A DNA stretch of 64,000 bases from a virus: positions 1,757 through 65,756 of IMG/VR virus record IMGVR_UViG_3300044878_000204. One strand, given 5' to 3'. The first letter of the stretch is position 1. Each line of letters starts with the position of its first letter. A model generated the notes under the pieces. The model saw nothing but the letters and a program-made list of their open reading frames with translations. It searched no databases and had not been told where the DNA came from. Position numbers and translations under genes: made by a program. Shown here one piece after another: positions 9,748 to 18,451 of this stretch.

Positions 9748-10701
9748 TTATTTCAGCGCGATGAGTCGCCGCGAATACGCCGATGCGCTGATCAGGCGGT
9801 CGATGGTCTTGATGTCGGACACTACGTCATCCAGCAAGATGTTGCGCCACGTAGCGAAGCGCCCGAGGGAAAACAAGTTGTGTGCGTGCGTAAGCTCGAA
9901 CATGATTGCTTCGCGGTCGGCCTTTGGCATGTCGACCATCTTGCCGAAGTTCTGGATGTTGAAGGAGAAGGAAGCGATATCCAAATCTTTCATTTCCAGA
10001 CCGAACGAATACAACGCAACGTTCAAGTCATCCAGATTCAAATCGGAAGAGTTCGCGCCATTACCGTCGCACAGAGCTTCGATAATCAAATTGTCGCCGG
10101 TGATGGAAGCCCGGAAAATATTCAAGTCCGGATCTGGGAAGTAAACTGTTTGGTACACGTCAGAAGGCGCGGCCAACTTGTAACGACTAACTTGGATGGC
10201 AGACTTGTCGAATTTAAATGGGACGGCAAAAGTCGATTCCATTCCGGTAGCCGCGAGGTTGACCGACATCGGCGCAGTCGAGACGATAGTGCTTTCATTT
10301 CCGACTGCCTCGCCAATTTCCACGCCCCAGCTGATACGGTCTTTGTGTTTCGACACAAGATGCTGGTAGAAGTCATCCGGCGCAACCCAACGCTCGCATG
10401 GGTCCAGGTTTGCAATCGAACGCGCCGAGACGCCACCAGAGACTTTCAGACTGTAGAGGTTCTGGTCACGGATTGATGCATAGGACATCACCCGGTCGCC
10501 ACTATATACGGCCTTCTGCACTCGCACCTTTTTGAATGGGATGCCGGTCAACTCAGACACGGCGGTCGAGCGGAACCGAAGCAGCGCGGTGTGGTTTTCT
10601 GTCGGCGCTGGCATGCGGTCGATGATGACCGAATCCTTGAAGTGGCACGCGGCGAGAAGCCCAGCGAGTCCTGCGCCGACGATGACAATATTTTGGCTCA
10701 T
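9748..10701 (-). CDS. FAD/NAD(P)-binding flavoprotein of the amine-oxidase/UGM-like (GR2) class
   Basis: N-terminal dinucleotide-binding motif IVIVGAGLAGLLAA; C-terminal GRFATWRNILLDD resembles the C-terminal FAD-contact motif of UDP-galactopyranose mutase-like flavoenzymes. Confidence 0.6.
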   Translation of the reverse strand: MSQNIVIVGAGLAGLLAACHFKDSVIIDRMPAPTENHTALLRFRSTAVSELTGIPFKKVRVQKAVYSGDRVMSYASIRDQNLYSLKVSGGVSARSIANLDPCERWVAPDDFYQHLVSKHKDRISWGVEIGEAVGNESTIVSTAPMSVNLAATGMESTFAVPFKFDKSAIQVSRYKLAAPSDVYQTVYFPDPDLNIFRASITGDNLIIEALCDGNGANSSDLNLDDLNVALYSFGLEMKDLDIASFSFNIQNFGKMVDMPKADREAIMFELTHAHNLFSLGRFATWRNILLDDVVSDIKTIDRLISASAYSRRLIALK

Positions 10702-10751
10702 AATAGGATACCTGCAGTTGTTTGTGACAGTTGATGTACATTTATTGCGCC

Positions 10752-10784
10752 CAAAGAAAAGCCCCTAACTAAAGGGGCTTTTCG
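10752..10784 (-). terminator. Rho-independent terminator after the Lys/Glu-rich low-complexity protein gene
   Basis: AAAAGCCCCT...AGGGGCTTTT with T-runs on both sides. Confidence 0.75.
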
Positions 10785-10799
10785 CACAACTCAGGCTGG

Positions 10800-11657
10800 T
10801 TATTTGCCTTGCTCGGCGCCTTCTTGGCCTTCGCCTTCTTCGCCTTCGCCTTCGTTGCCTTCCAGATCATTGCCTTCTGGAGCATCCGGGGTTTCTGGCG
10901 CTTCCGGTTCAACGGTTACGAAGTCCAGGTGGCCCATTTCTTCCAGTTTGGCCAGGTAGCTGCGAACCGGGGTGCCGTACAGCAGCGCGGCTACTTCTTT
11001 GCCGAACGCTTCGATTTCGACGGTGCCACCGACTTCAACGTTGTCCTTGATGTGCTGGAACACCTTGCCGCGAATCGACAGCGCTTGCGGGCTCGACAGA
11101 CCGGCGCCGGTGAACACGAAGTGGGTTGCGCGTGGGCGACGGCCACCGTTGGCTTTGGTTTCGGCCTTGCGGTCGGCGATGGCTTTGGCGCGGGCCGCAG
11201 CTTCGTCTTTGCGCGCTTGCTTGTTGGCGAGCACTTCGGTTTTGCGCGCTTCGATGTTGGCCAGACGCTCAGCTTCGCGTTGGGTTTTGCGATCTTCTTT
11301 TTCGCGCAGACGCTCAGCGGCTTTGGCTTCTTTGTCGGCGGCGCCTTGCTCTGCTTTCAGCAGCTTGGCAGCTTCGCGCTCTTTAGCCTTTTCTTCGGCT
11401 TTGGCGGCGCGTTCGGATTCTTTTTCGGCGTTCTTGCTTTCGCGCTCTTTGGCCTTCTCGCCTTTCTTTGCTTCGCGTTCAGCCGCCTTTTCTTCGTTCT
11501 TCTTGGCGCGTTCTTCTGCTTTCAGCAGGTTTTTGGCTTCGCGCTCGGCAGCCTTTTCAGCGGCTTTGGATTCGCGCTCTTGTTGCTTTTGTGCTTGCTC
11601 TTTGGCTTTCAGCTCTGCCTTTTGCTCTTTGGACAGTTCGGTGTTGGTGGTTTCCAT
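10800..11657 (-). CDS. Lys/Glu/Ala-rich low-complexity protein (histone H1/TolA-like repeats) with an acidic C-terminal tail
   Basis: About 180 aa of KAAEREAKN-type repeats, then a folded-looking domain and an EGEGEEGEG tail; followed by terminator 10757-10784. Confidence 0.6.
   Translation of the reverse strand: METTNTELSKEQKAELKAKEQAQKQQERESKAAEKAAEREAKNLLKAEERAKKNEEKAAEREAKKGEKAKERESKNAEKESERAAKAEEKAKEREAAKLLKAEQGAADKEAKAAERLREKEDRKTQREAERLANIEARKTEVLANKQARKDEAAARAKAIADRKAETKANGGRRPRATHFVFTGAGLSSPQALSIRGKVFQHIKDNVEVGGTVEIEAFGKEVAALLYGTPVRSYLAKLEEMGHLDFVTVEPEAPETPDAPEGNDLEGNEGEGEEGEGQEGAEQGK
10860..11640. repeat. Low-complexity repetitive DNA encoding the Lys/Glu/Ala-rich protein
   Basis: Recurrent gcttcgcgctc / ttcttggc / cttttc units; generates long spurious ORFs on the opposite strand. 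Confidence 0.7.
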
Positions 11658-11744
11658 GATGTATCTCCGTAAGGTTTATTAAGTTTGGGCGTCTCGCCCT
11701 GTGAAAGAAGTATGCCTAAGAGGAATAACTAAGGCAACTATTAA

Positions 11745-11793
11745 TTTGTGGTTAGTTCGAAATAAATAAAGTTCCGAACTAACCACAAATTAT
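11745..11793. repeat. 17-bp perfect inverted repeat (hairpin or operator)
   Basis: AATTTGTGGTTAGTTCG-aaataaataaag-TTCCGAACTAACCACAAATT between the Lys/Glu-rich protein gene start and the Dda gene end. Confidence 0.8.
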
Positions 11794-11812
11794 TTAGTAC
11801 ACAACACGTACA

Positions 11813-13015
11813 TTACGCGTATCGGCGTATCGCCAAGTAGTCGATGGCCCGCGTGATGCCGGTATACATGAGCTGGTGATATGGGACGCCGCGCAGTATC
11901 TCTTCAAGAATAAGCACTCGCGGCCATTCAGAGCCCTGTGATTTATGGATCGTCAGGCAACTTCCAAAGTCAAAGCCGCCAACTTGTTTTGCTGCGTCAT
12001 CGCGGATATCTTCATACTCAGAGAAAGACGCAGGATTGAACTTCGCCATACGCTCTTTGCCGTCAGTTAATGATTTGATATTAACTAGCAGCATGCCGTC
12101 AGGCTCATCTTTATCAATCGAATCCTCTGGGATGGCCTCGTAACTGAGGATGATTGCCTGCTCGCCGTTCATGATCCCGTAGCCGTGCTGGTTAAAGGTG
12201 CAGACCACCTTCTCGCCAACACAAGGGAACGGACCAGAGTATCCCAGGATCTTACGGGCGCGTTGGTTGTACCGGTGGCGGGTGGTGTTATAGGAGCACA
12301 GGACCACGGCGTCTTCGCCAAGGAACGTCGCCAACTCTTCGTCACCAATCGTTCCGTCCTTCACGGTCACGTCATCGTAAATCTTTGGAGGCAGGCGTTT
12401 GCCACCACGAACGAACATTGATGCGCGGACGATGTTGCCGGCGTTACGTTCGATCTGGTCCAGTACGACATCCGCCGTGGCGAGCGAAAACCACGCCACG
12501 GCCTTGACAGGAGGGATCTGGCCTGGGTCGCCAAGGGCCAGCAGAGGGGTGTTGTGACCAAGGATCTTGTCGCGGTCGTACGTGCCGACCATCGATGACT
12601 CATCGAGACAGACAAGGCGCGGCCTTTCATCAAGCGCACCTTTGGCAACAAAAATTGGCTCGCCGTCTTCGTTCTCGCCACGGACGTTATAAACGAACTG
12701 GTGCAAGGTCTTCGCGCCGGGACAACCTTTCTGGCGCAGACGACTTGCGGCCTTACCGGTCGGCGCAATAAACATGGTCCAATCCATACCACAGCAAAGC
12801 TCGGCGATGATCCTGGCAATGGTCGTCTTGCCAGTACCGGCGTAGCCCGCCAGAGAGAAGATTTGGCGCCGGTGCTTTCGATCCTGCCAGCCCTTATACC
12901 AATGGACGGCCTTGTTGACTGCCGCAACTTGTTGATCGTTGATATTGAACGCGAACCGTTCTGTCAAATACTCCTTGGTGTAATATTCATAGTCGTGCTG
13001 GATTGGTTGGTTCAT
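11813..13015 (-). CDS. SF1B Dda/RecD-like DNA helicase
   Basis: Walker A AGYAGTGKTT, Walker B LVCLDESSMV, motif TIHKSQGSEW; RBS GAGG upstream. Confidence 0.8.
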   Translation of the reverse strand: MNQPIQHDYEYYTKEYLTERFAFNINDQQVAAVNKAVHWYKGWQDRKHRRQIFSLAGYAGTGKTTIARIIAELCCGMDWTMFIAPTGKAASRLRQKGCPGAKTLHQFVYNVRGENEDGEPIFVAKGALDERPRLVCLDESSMVGTYDRDKILGHNTPLLALGDPGQIPPVKAVAWFSLATADVVLDQIERNAGNIVRASMFVRGGKRLPPKIYDDVTVKDGTIGDEELATFLGEDAVVLCSYNTTRHRYNQRARKILGYSGPFPCVGEKVVCTFNQHGYGIMNGEQAIILSYEAIPEDSIDKDEPDGMLLVNIKSLTDGKERMAKFNPASFSEYEDIRDDAAKQVGGFDFGSCLTIHKSQGSEWPRVLILEEILRGVPYHQLMYTGITRAIDYLAIRRYA

Positions 13016-13025
13016 AGCGGCCTCG

Positions 13026-13463
13026 TTAGCGCTTAGTTGGTTGTTTGACTCTATTCTTTTTGACTATTACTTGCAAAGTTGACAGTCTTAGTCGAGTGCC
13101 GTCGTTTGGAACGGACCAGCCATCAACTTTGCCATACTTATTCCCCATCGGATCGATCCAATACGCCTTAGTTTCACGAAGCGGAGTAGCCTTGCCAGGC
13201 CCGCCAATAGCGGACACCGCTACGCGTCCTTCATGGGTGGCTGGGCGGTCGTTATTCGGGAGTTTTCCGGCGACAGTGTGTATAGAAGTAAGGATCAGGC
13301 GCGGCCATCTAACGTTGATATCCGTACGGCTTCTTGTTCCATCTTCTTTCCGCCATCTGACTCTGTCGTTGTCAATCCAGTGCTTTACGCCTTCCTTTAA
13401 TAACACGTCAACGCGACGGCCATCCACGTGAATGACTTGTCCACGGTACAGATACTTGCTCAT
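13026..13463 (-). CDS. Hypothetical protein (145 aa)
   Basis: First gene of the leftward replication operon, downstream of a divergent promoter region. Confidence 0.5.
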   Translation of the reverse strand: MSKYLYRGQVIHVDGRRVDVLLKEGVKHWIDNDRVRWRKEDGTRSRTDINVRWPRLILTSIHTVAGKLPNNDRPATHEGRVAVSAIGGPGKATPLRETKAYWIDPMGNKYGKVDGWSVPNDGTRLRLSTLQVIVKKNRVKQPTKR

Positions 13464-13626
13464 GCACTACTGTCCTATTTGAAGAAGGATTTGCCGTTAC
13501 ATTATTGAGCAATTATTATAGGCGCAACTCTGGAAATAAAGCAAACCATAAATTATTCGCTTGCCTTATATATCAAAGCGGATCAGAATAGCTGCTCGAA
13601 CAACCACAAGCCTAAAGGGTCATAAG
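13464..13626. promoter_or_regulatory. AT-rich divergent promoter region between the leftward replication module and the rightward genes
   Basis: Leftward TTGCTT-18-TATAAT (plus-strand coordinates 13515-13544) and rightward TTGCCT-17-CAGAAT (13561-13589). Confidence 0.5.
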
Positions 13627-14202
13627 ATGGATCACGTGCAAGTAATGCAACAGAAGATCGAAAGCCTTCACCACGTCTGTCTGGAGTTGATCGGAGTCAT
13701 TAGCGAGTTTCGTTCCATGCCGTGCCGGTCGCTTGAAGACGCAATGTTCAAGACCGCCGACCGCTATAAGAAGCGGGTGCAGGATAATGCGCCAGACTCG
13801 ACTATGTATATGTCGATGTCGAAAGTTGCAGAGAACGACGGTGCCGCGCCTGTTTATGTAAACGCTGGCCGTCGCCTTATCGTCATTCTGCGCAAGGCCG
13901 GTGCGCCAGAAGGTCGCGAGTCAGAAGCCCTTCAAGCTTTTATCTATCTGCGTGACGCGTTGACCGACAAGCTCAACATGTTGGATATGGGGATTGCCAG
14001 CGACGTAGCGGACGCTTCCGTTTTGTCGAACATCAAGCGCATCAAGATCCCGCCACATGGCACCGAGGGCCAGAAGGTTGTGGAGATGGCCTTTGCCCAG
14101 GGTGCTATGGCAGGGCGTGCTCGCTTCTGGCTAAACAGCCTGTTAGAGGATGTTGCTGAGCTCAATGCCAAGGTCAACGCCCGTACCGTCGCTGGTTATT
14201 AA
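13627..14202 (+). CDS. Hypothetical protein
   Basis: ORF 13561-14202; ATG at 13627 with an AAGGG RBS preferred. Confidence 0.5.
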   Translation: MDHVQVMQQKIESLHHVCLELIGVISEFRSMPCRSLEDAMFKTADRYKKRVQDNAPDSTMYMSMSKVAENDGAAPVYVNAGRRLIVILRKAGAPEGRESEALQAFIYLRDALTDKLNMLDMGIASDVADASVLSNIKRIKIPPHGTEGQKVVEMAFAQGAMAGRARFWLNSLLEDVAELNAKVNARTVAGY

Positions 14203-14204
14203 TC

Positions 14205-14621
14205 ATGAGCTACTTAATCGAAGCCCCAAAGTGGGAAAAGAATCAAGGCCGTCGCATTCTGAATGACGTACGGAATATGGGCGCGGCACCGGGTTGCGAG
14301 ATTGGCGTGCTGGCCGCGACTTTGCGCCGTCACCATCAACTTACTATCGAATGGAAGTTGATGAACAGCAGCGTTGCCAGAGACTTGATCAGTGAGATCG
14401 TCAACGCCATCGGAACCAAAGAGTTCATCCGCGACGCGACTCAGCCGGGCATGTCTTGCGTTAGCTGTCTGTTTGCGTACGGTGCACCAGCCGGTGGATC
14501 GAGACGTTGGCTGACTGAGGTCTTGGCTGAGATCAAGGATCTGGAGCGAAAGGTAGAGTTCTTCAAATCGAACCCTATGCCGAATGAGCCAGATCCTCAC
14601 AGCGCAAGGTTTCCGCAATGA
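14205..14621 (+). CDS. Hypothetical protein (138 aa)
   Basis: Tightly packed ORF, 4-nt overlap with the next gene. Confidence 0.5.
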   Translation: MSYLIEAPKWEKNQGRRILNDVRNMGAAPGCEIGVLAATLRRHHQLTIEWKLMNSSVARDLISEIVNAIGTKEFIRDATQPGMSCVSCLFAYGAPAGGSRRWLTEVLAEIKDLERKVEFFKSNPMPNEPDPHSARFPQ

Positions 14622-15694
14622 GCCGTCAAGACCGACTAGCGGCCTGCGAAGAGTTCCTGAGAGAGCTCAAGCACACCATCCCTGAAGAAGAACGGGTGAT
14701 GGCAGGGTATGCCGAGGAAGCCACGGTACAGACCGATGCAACCGGCAAAAAGATCAACTCAACATGGTGGCCTGTGCCGTGGAATAACGGCAAGTACATC
14801 AACGACAGAGCGAACTGTTATGCCTGTATCTCGTCATCGATTAAAACGCCAAACCCGCGCACCGGCCAACTACGTTACTGGCGTGGAGAATCGTCCTTTG
14901 GTCATGGGCTTGCGCTTATGGTGGACGACATTGGATACGGAAAAGGCTCTAAGGGCGGACTTGGCATTGAGTATTTCGAGGCTATTCTACCGCCAACTGT
15001 CACAGTCGAAACTTCACCTGGCAACTACCAACTATGGTATTTTTTCGACGAACCAGTCGAATCGTTAATACACTTCAAGTCGTTGCTGAATTGTTTCGTC
15101 GCGGCAGTCCTCCAGAAGGGCGGCGATAACACGATCAAGGACATCAGTCGATACGGGCGAATGCCAATCGGCATCAACAACAAGAAGCACGGACCGGACA
15201 TGCAGTTAAAGTATCCGGTGGGTGGAAAGCCGTATGAAGTACAACTACGACATGCCGACTATTCGCGGCGTTATTCGCCAGAGCAGATTGCAAGTGCGTT
15301 CAAGTTTAACATCGTCGTTCCACAGCGCCAACTAGTTCAAATCGACGTTGAGGAATACAAGTACGACTATGTGTGGTTGCAGTTTGCCGCGCATATCCTT
15401 GGGAAGGCAAGCATGGGCGAAGGCTCTAATGGCGCGGTCGAGTTGAACATGTCAGGTAAGTATCGGATTAAATGCCCGTGGGGTGAAGAGCACTCTAACG
15501 GCGATCCAAGTGGCGCGTACTTCCGTGGACCTATCCCCGGCGCCGAGCACGAGTTTGTGTTTGGGTGCGGGCACGATGGCTGCCGGAAGGCCAAACGAAC
15601 CTGGGCAGTTTTTGTTGACGAAATCGTAATCACCGAAATCGCCAACCGCCTTGAATCCATCAACCGTAAAGCAGCAGGGTTGGACCCAGTATGA
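14618..15694 (+). CDS. Archaeo-eukaryotic primase-type primase-polymerase (PrimPol-like)
   Basis: AEP motif I LALMVDDIGYG, motif II ETSPGNYQLWYFF, motif III RMPIGINNKK. Confidence 0.7.
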   Translation: MSRQDRLAACEEFLRELKHTIPEEERVMAGYAEEATVQTDATGKKINSTWWPVPWNNGKYINDRANCYACISSSIKTPNPRTGQLRYWRGESSFGHGLALMVDDIGYGKGSKGGLGIEYFEAILPPTVTVETSPGNYQLWYFFDEPVESLIHFKSLLNCFVAAVLQKGGDNTIKDISRYGRMPIGINNKKHGPDMQLKYPVGGKPYEVQLRHADYSRRYSPEQIASAFKFNIVVPQRQLVQIDVEEYKYDYVWLQFAAHILGKASMGEGSNGAVELNMSGKYRIKCPWGEEHSNGDPSGAYFRGPIPGAEHEFVFGCGHDGCRKAKRTWAVFVDEIVITEIANRLESINRKAAGLDPV

Positions 15695-16074
15695 GATGGA
15701 TTCGCTTCCAAGGGTACATGAACGACCGAAGTGGAAATATGGATATGTACGAGGCGTACGGATTCGATAAGCAGGATGTGATCCAGAATCTTCGTGCACG
15801 GTATGCATTCATGTATGGTGAGATCCCTGCTCACACCTCTGTCGTGTTCTTTGAGCGCCGCATGCGAAATGCCAGCGTGGTATTCTCGTGGAATGAACAC
15901 GAAGTGACCGTCTACCGAAAGCCAAAGATCGTTCCGGACGGTCACTATGTCAAGGTCGAGACGATGGGAGAGGTGGCGCGTCTGACTCCGCTTGAAAGTC
16001 GCCTGTTCGATAAGGCGTTGACTTTCGCGGCTGAGTACAACCTGAAAGTCAACTTTAAACGCTTGCTAGGCTGA
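15691..16074 (+). CDS. Hypothetical protein (127 aa)
   Basis: 4-nt overlap with the primase gene. Confidence 0.5.
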   Translation: MRWIRFQGYMNDRSGNMDMYEAYGFDKQDVIQNLRARYAFMYGEIPAHTSVVFFERRMRNASVVFSWNEHEVTVYRKPKIVPDGHYVKVETMGEVARLTPLESRLFDKALTFAAEYNLKVNFKRLLG

Positions 16075-16120
16075 CCCAAAACGTTTACTATCGATCAACT
16101 TGCATATAAGGATTCAAGAA

Positions 16121-16453
16121 ATGAAGATCACACTGCTGTTCGGCACCAGCACCCAGAACAACAGCATGGACATGGGCGAATTCAAGTCTGCAATCTGCTC
16201 GACTGACCTGATTGTCAATGACCGATTGGAAGAGTCGTTTTTCTACGACATCATCAAGGCCAGTAACGAAATGGAAAGCGACCGCCATACCATGATCGTC
16301 ACCTGCGACCCGACGCTCAGCCTTCTGGCTGTCCATAGTCTGTGCCAGGCGTTCCCGGAAATCAAGTCTGTGCGCTGGAGTGGACAGCCCGACTTCGAAG
16401 CTATCCACGCCTTTCGCTCAGTTATGGAGCCGTTGCTAAACGCGGCTGAGTAA
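16121..16453 (+). CDS. Hypothetical protein
   Basis: ORF 16100-16453; start MKITLLFG preferred. Confidence 0.45.
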   Translation: MKITLLFGTSTQNNSMDMGEFKSAICSTDLIVNDRLEESFFYDIIKASNEMESDRHTMIVTCDPTLSLLAVHSLCQAFPEIKSVRWSGQPDFEAIHAFRSVMEPLLNAAE

Positions 16454-16515
16454 CAGCGACATCAATTTGCCGGATTAGTTCCTTTGGGGGAGAATAGACC
16501 CTTCCCCGTTTCATT

Positions 16516-16543
16516 CGGGTAATTCTCCCGCGTAATTCACCAC
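16516..16543 (+). promoter_or_regulatory. CCCGGTAA-family element upstream of the helicase gene
   Basis: cgGGTAATTCTCCCGCGTAATTCACCAC, nearly identical in layout to 22781-22809. Confidence 0.55.
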
Positions 16544-16613
16544 GCGAACCGTTGAGAGTCGATATGACCTATAAGTCGTTGACCGTGTATTCGCTCATGC
16601 AGGAGCGAACTTC

Positions 16614-18320
16614 ATGATAGACCATGAAGAACCGGAAGGCCAACCAGTTAATGATGGCACAGATTTCTTTAACATCAACGAAATCGAAGATGTACCGGCT
16701 GAAGAAAATAAGTTGCTGCAAGAGGCAACTGCCGCTGCTAAAACCGCTGTATTGAACATGGACCACCGCGCCAACCAAGTTGAGTTGAACCGGGCTGAGT
16801 GCTACATCGAAGCCAACTTGGTGAAGCGTGCCAAGATGCTAGCCTCTATGGAAGCTATCAAGTTCGTTCACTACAAGCGCGCCAACCAGAACGATCCAGA
16901 AAACATCGGCATGCGGGCCAAGACCGATTCGTTGATGAACCGTCACGCGGTATATGATGCGCTATTCGACTTCGGCAGCGGCAAGGTGCCGTTCCCCCAC
17001 TACGACACGTTCAGGGCGCGGCTAGTCGATCACGAAGGGCAAGTATTCAGCGCCCGTACGCTGCGAACCCGCGACCTTGTGATGGCGCTCGACAAGGCCG
17101 GGATGGAGAACCCTTCGGACAAGGAAGTGTCTGACTCTTTGCGTTCATGGGCGTTGGACCACCAACGGGATTCGCTGGCTGAATTCTTTGAGGCGTCGAT
17201 GCCTGAGTGGGATGGCAAACCGCGCCTTGACTCGTTGTTGATCGATCTGTTCAAGCCGACCGACACGCCGATGAACCGACTGTTCAGCAAATACTTCTGG
17301 CTGAGTCTTTACAACCGCGTCACCAACCCAGGATCACAAGCGCCGGTGGTGCTGTCGTTGATCGGATCGCAAGACGTCGGTAAGTCGTATTTCTCGGTGT
17401 TGTTGTGCCGTCTGTTGACTGGCGACCACTCGATTGGCCCGGTGAAGCTGGATCTTGGCGCCAAGTCGTACAACACCTTTCTGCGCGCCATCACCGGTAA
17501 AAGTCTGGTGGCAGTGGTCGGTGAGATGACGGGATTCAAGAAAGGCGACATGGACCGGATCAAGGACTTTGTAACGAAGACCGAAGATGACCTTGACTTC
17601 AAGTTTGAAGACTCGATCATCAAAGATCGCCAATGGATCACCATCATGGACGGCAACTCATACGACGGCCTACAGCGGGACGATACGGGCAACCGCCGGT
17701 TCTATCCGGTCTTCTGTTTCCAGGCCCCAGATGATAAGGGCCAGCCGACCTGGACGAAAGGCCAGAAGGTGGATTTCAGCAACTTCAAGGAGGACTTGTG
17801 GCAGGCTATGGCAGAAGCCCGCCTATGGATGTCTGAGCATGGCGAGCGTGGATATGCCGAGTTGATCGCTGATACCAATCGGAAGGTCGGTGAGTTCTCC
17901 ACCAAGGAGATGGATAAAGGGCGCGGCATCGCGAAGGATGACAACCTCGATATCAACCTGCGCAACGTGATGCTGTCGTTGGACTTCCGTGCGATGGGGC
18001 AGAACGCTTCGAAGCAAGGTCTGTTCGTGACGTCTGCCCAGATCAACGAGCGGTTCATGGAGATGACACGTAACACTCCGTACTCCAAGGCACTATCGCC
18101 GCGCCTTAAGGCTATGGGCTTTGAAACGTGGCAATCCGGGAACCGTGGCTACATCTTCGACTACGAGAATCTTGGCGAGGATGTATCGCAACACAACATG
18201 CAGAACGTACTGCGCCATATCATGACCTACGACGACCCGAACCACGAAATGTCGGTCGCGGAGTTGGACGCTGAGATTGCGATCATCCGCAAGGCCGGCC
18301 AAGGTGGAGGCGGATTCTAA
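16614..18320 (+). CDS. Primase-associated SF3 / VirE-D5 family helicase
   Basis: P-loop LIGSQDVGKS typical of D5/VirE-type NTPases; 568 aa; AGGAG RBS; followed by a rho-independent terminator. Confidence 0.75.
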   Translation: MIDHEEPEGQPVNDGTDFFNINEIEDVPAEENKLLQEATAAAKTAVLNMDHRANQVELNRAECYIEANLVKRAKMLASMEAIKFVHYKRANQNDPENIGMRAKTDSLMNRHAVYDALFDFGSGKVPFPHYDTFRARLVDHEGQVFSARTLRTRDLVMALDKAGMENPSDKEVSDSLRSWALDHQRDSLAEFFEASMPEWDGKPRLDSLLIDLFKPTDTPMNRLFSKYFWLSLYNRVTNPGSQAPVVLSLIGSQDVGKSYFSVLLCRLLTGDHSIGPVKLDLGAKSYNTFLRAITGKSLVAVVGEMTGFKKGDMDRIKDFVTKTEDDLDFKFEDSIIKDRQWITIMDGNSYDGLQRDDTGNRRFYPVFCFQAPDDKGQPTWTKGQKVDFSNFKEDLWQAMAEARLWMSEHGERGYAELIADTNRKVGEFSTKEMDKGRGIAKDDNLDINLRNVMLSLDFRAMGQNASKQGLFVTSAQINERFMEMTRNTPYSKALSPRLKAMGFETWQSGNRGYIFDYENLGEDVSQHNMQNVLRHIMTYDDPNHEMSVAELDAEIAIIRKAGQGGGGF

Positions 18321-18336
18321 GCGATAATGTTCAAAC

Positions 18337-18366
18337 AGGCCGCCTTCGGGCGGCCTTTCTTTTGTC
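18337..18366 (+). terminator. Rho-independent terminator after the helicase gene
   Basis: AGGCCGCC-TTCG-GGCGGCCT followed by TTCTTTTGT. Confidence 0.8.
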
Positions 18367-18451
18367 TGAAATAAAGTTTGCCTTATCAGATTAGTTGGTA
18401 GATACTTGGCGCATCTGAAACGAAACCTACGTCGGAGAATGACGATGTCTA

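Noticed and set aside
10809-11682. Plus-strand ORFs of 287 and 236 aa opposite the gene for the Lys/Glu-rich low-complexity protein
   Set aside because: They are artefacts of the repetitive low-complexity DNA, giving Phe/Ala/Leu-rich nonsense protein. The minus-strand gene has a terminator and a coherent domain structure.
17483-17500. Intragenic copy of CCGGTAAAAGT within the helicase gene, and a CCGGCAAAAGTAAC copy within gene 21861
   Set aside because: Single partial matches inside coding sequence without the flanking TCCC or AT-rich context; most likely chance occurrences.
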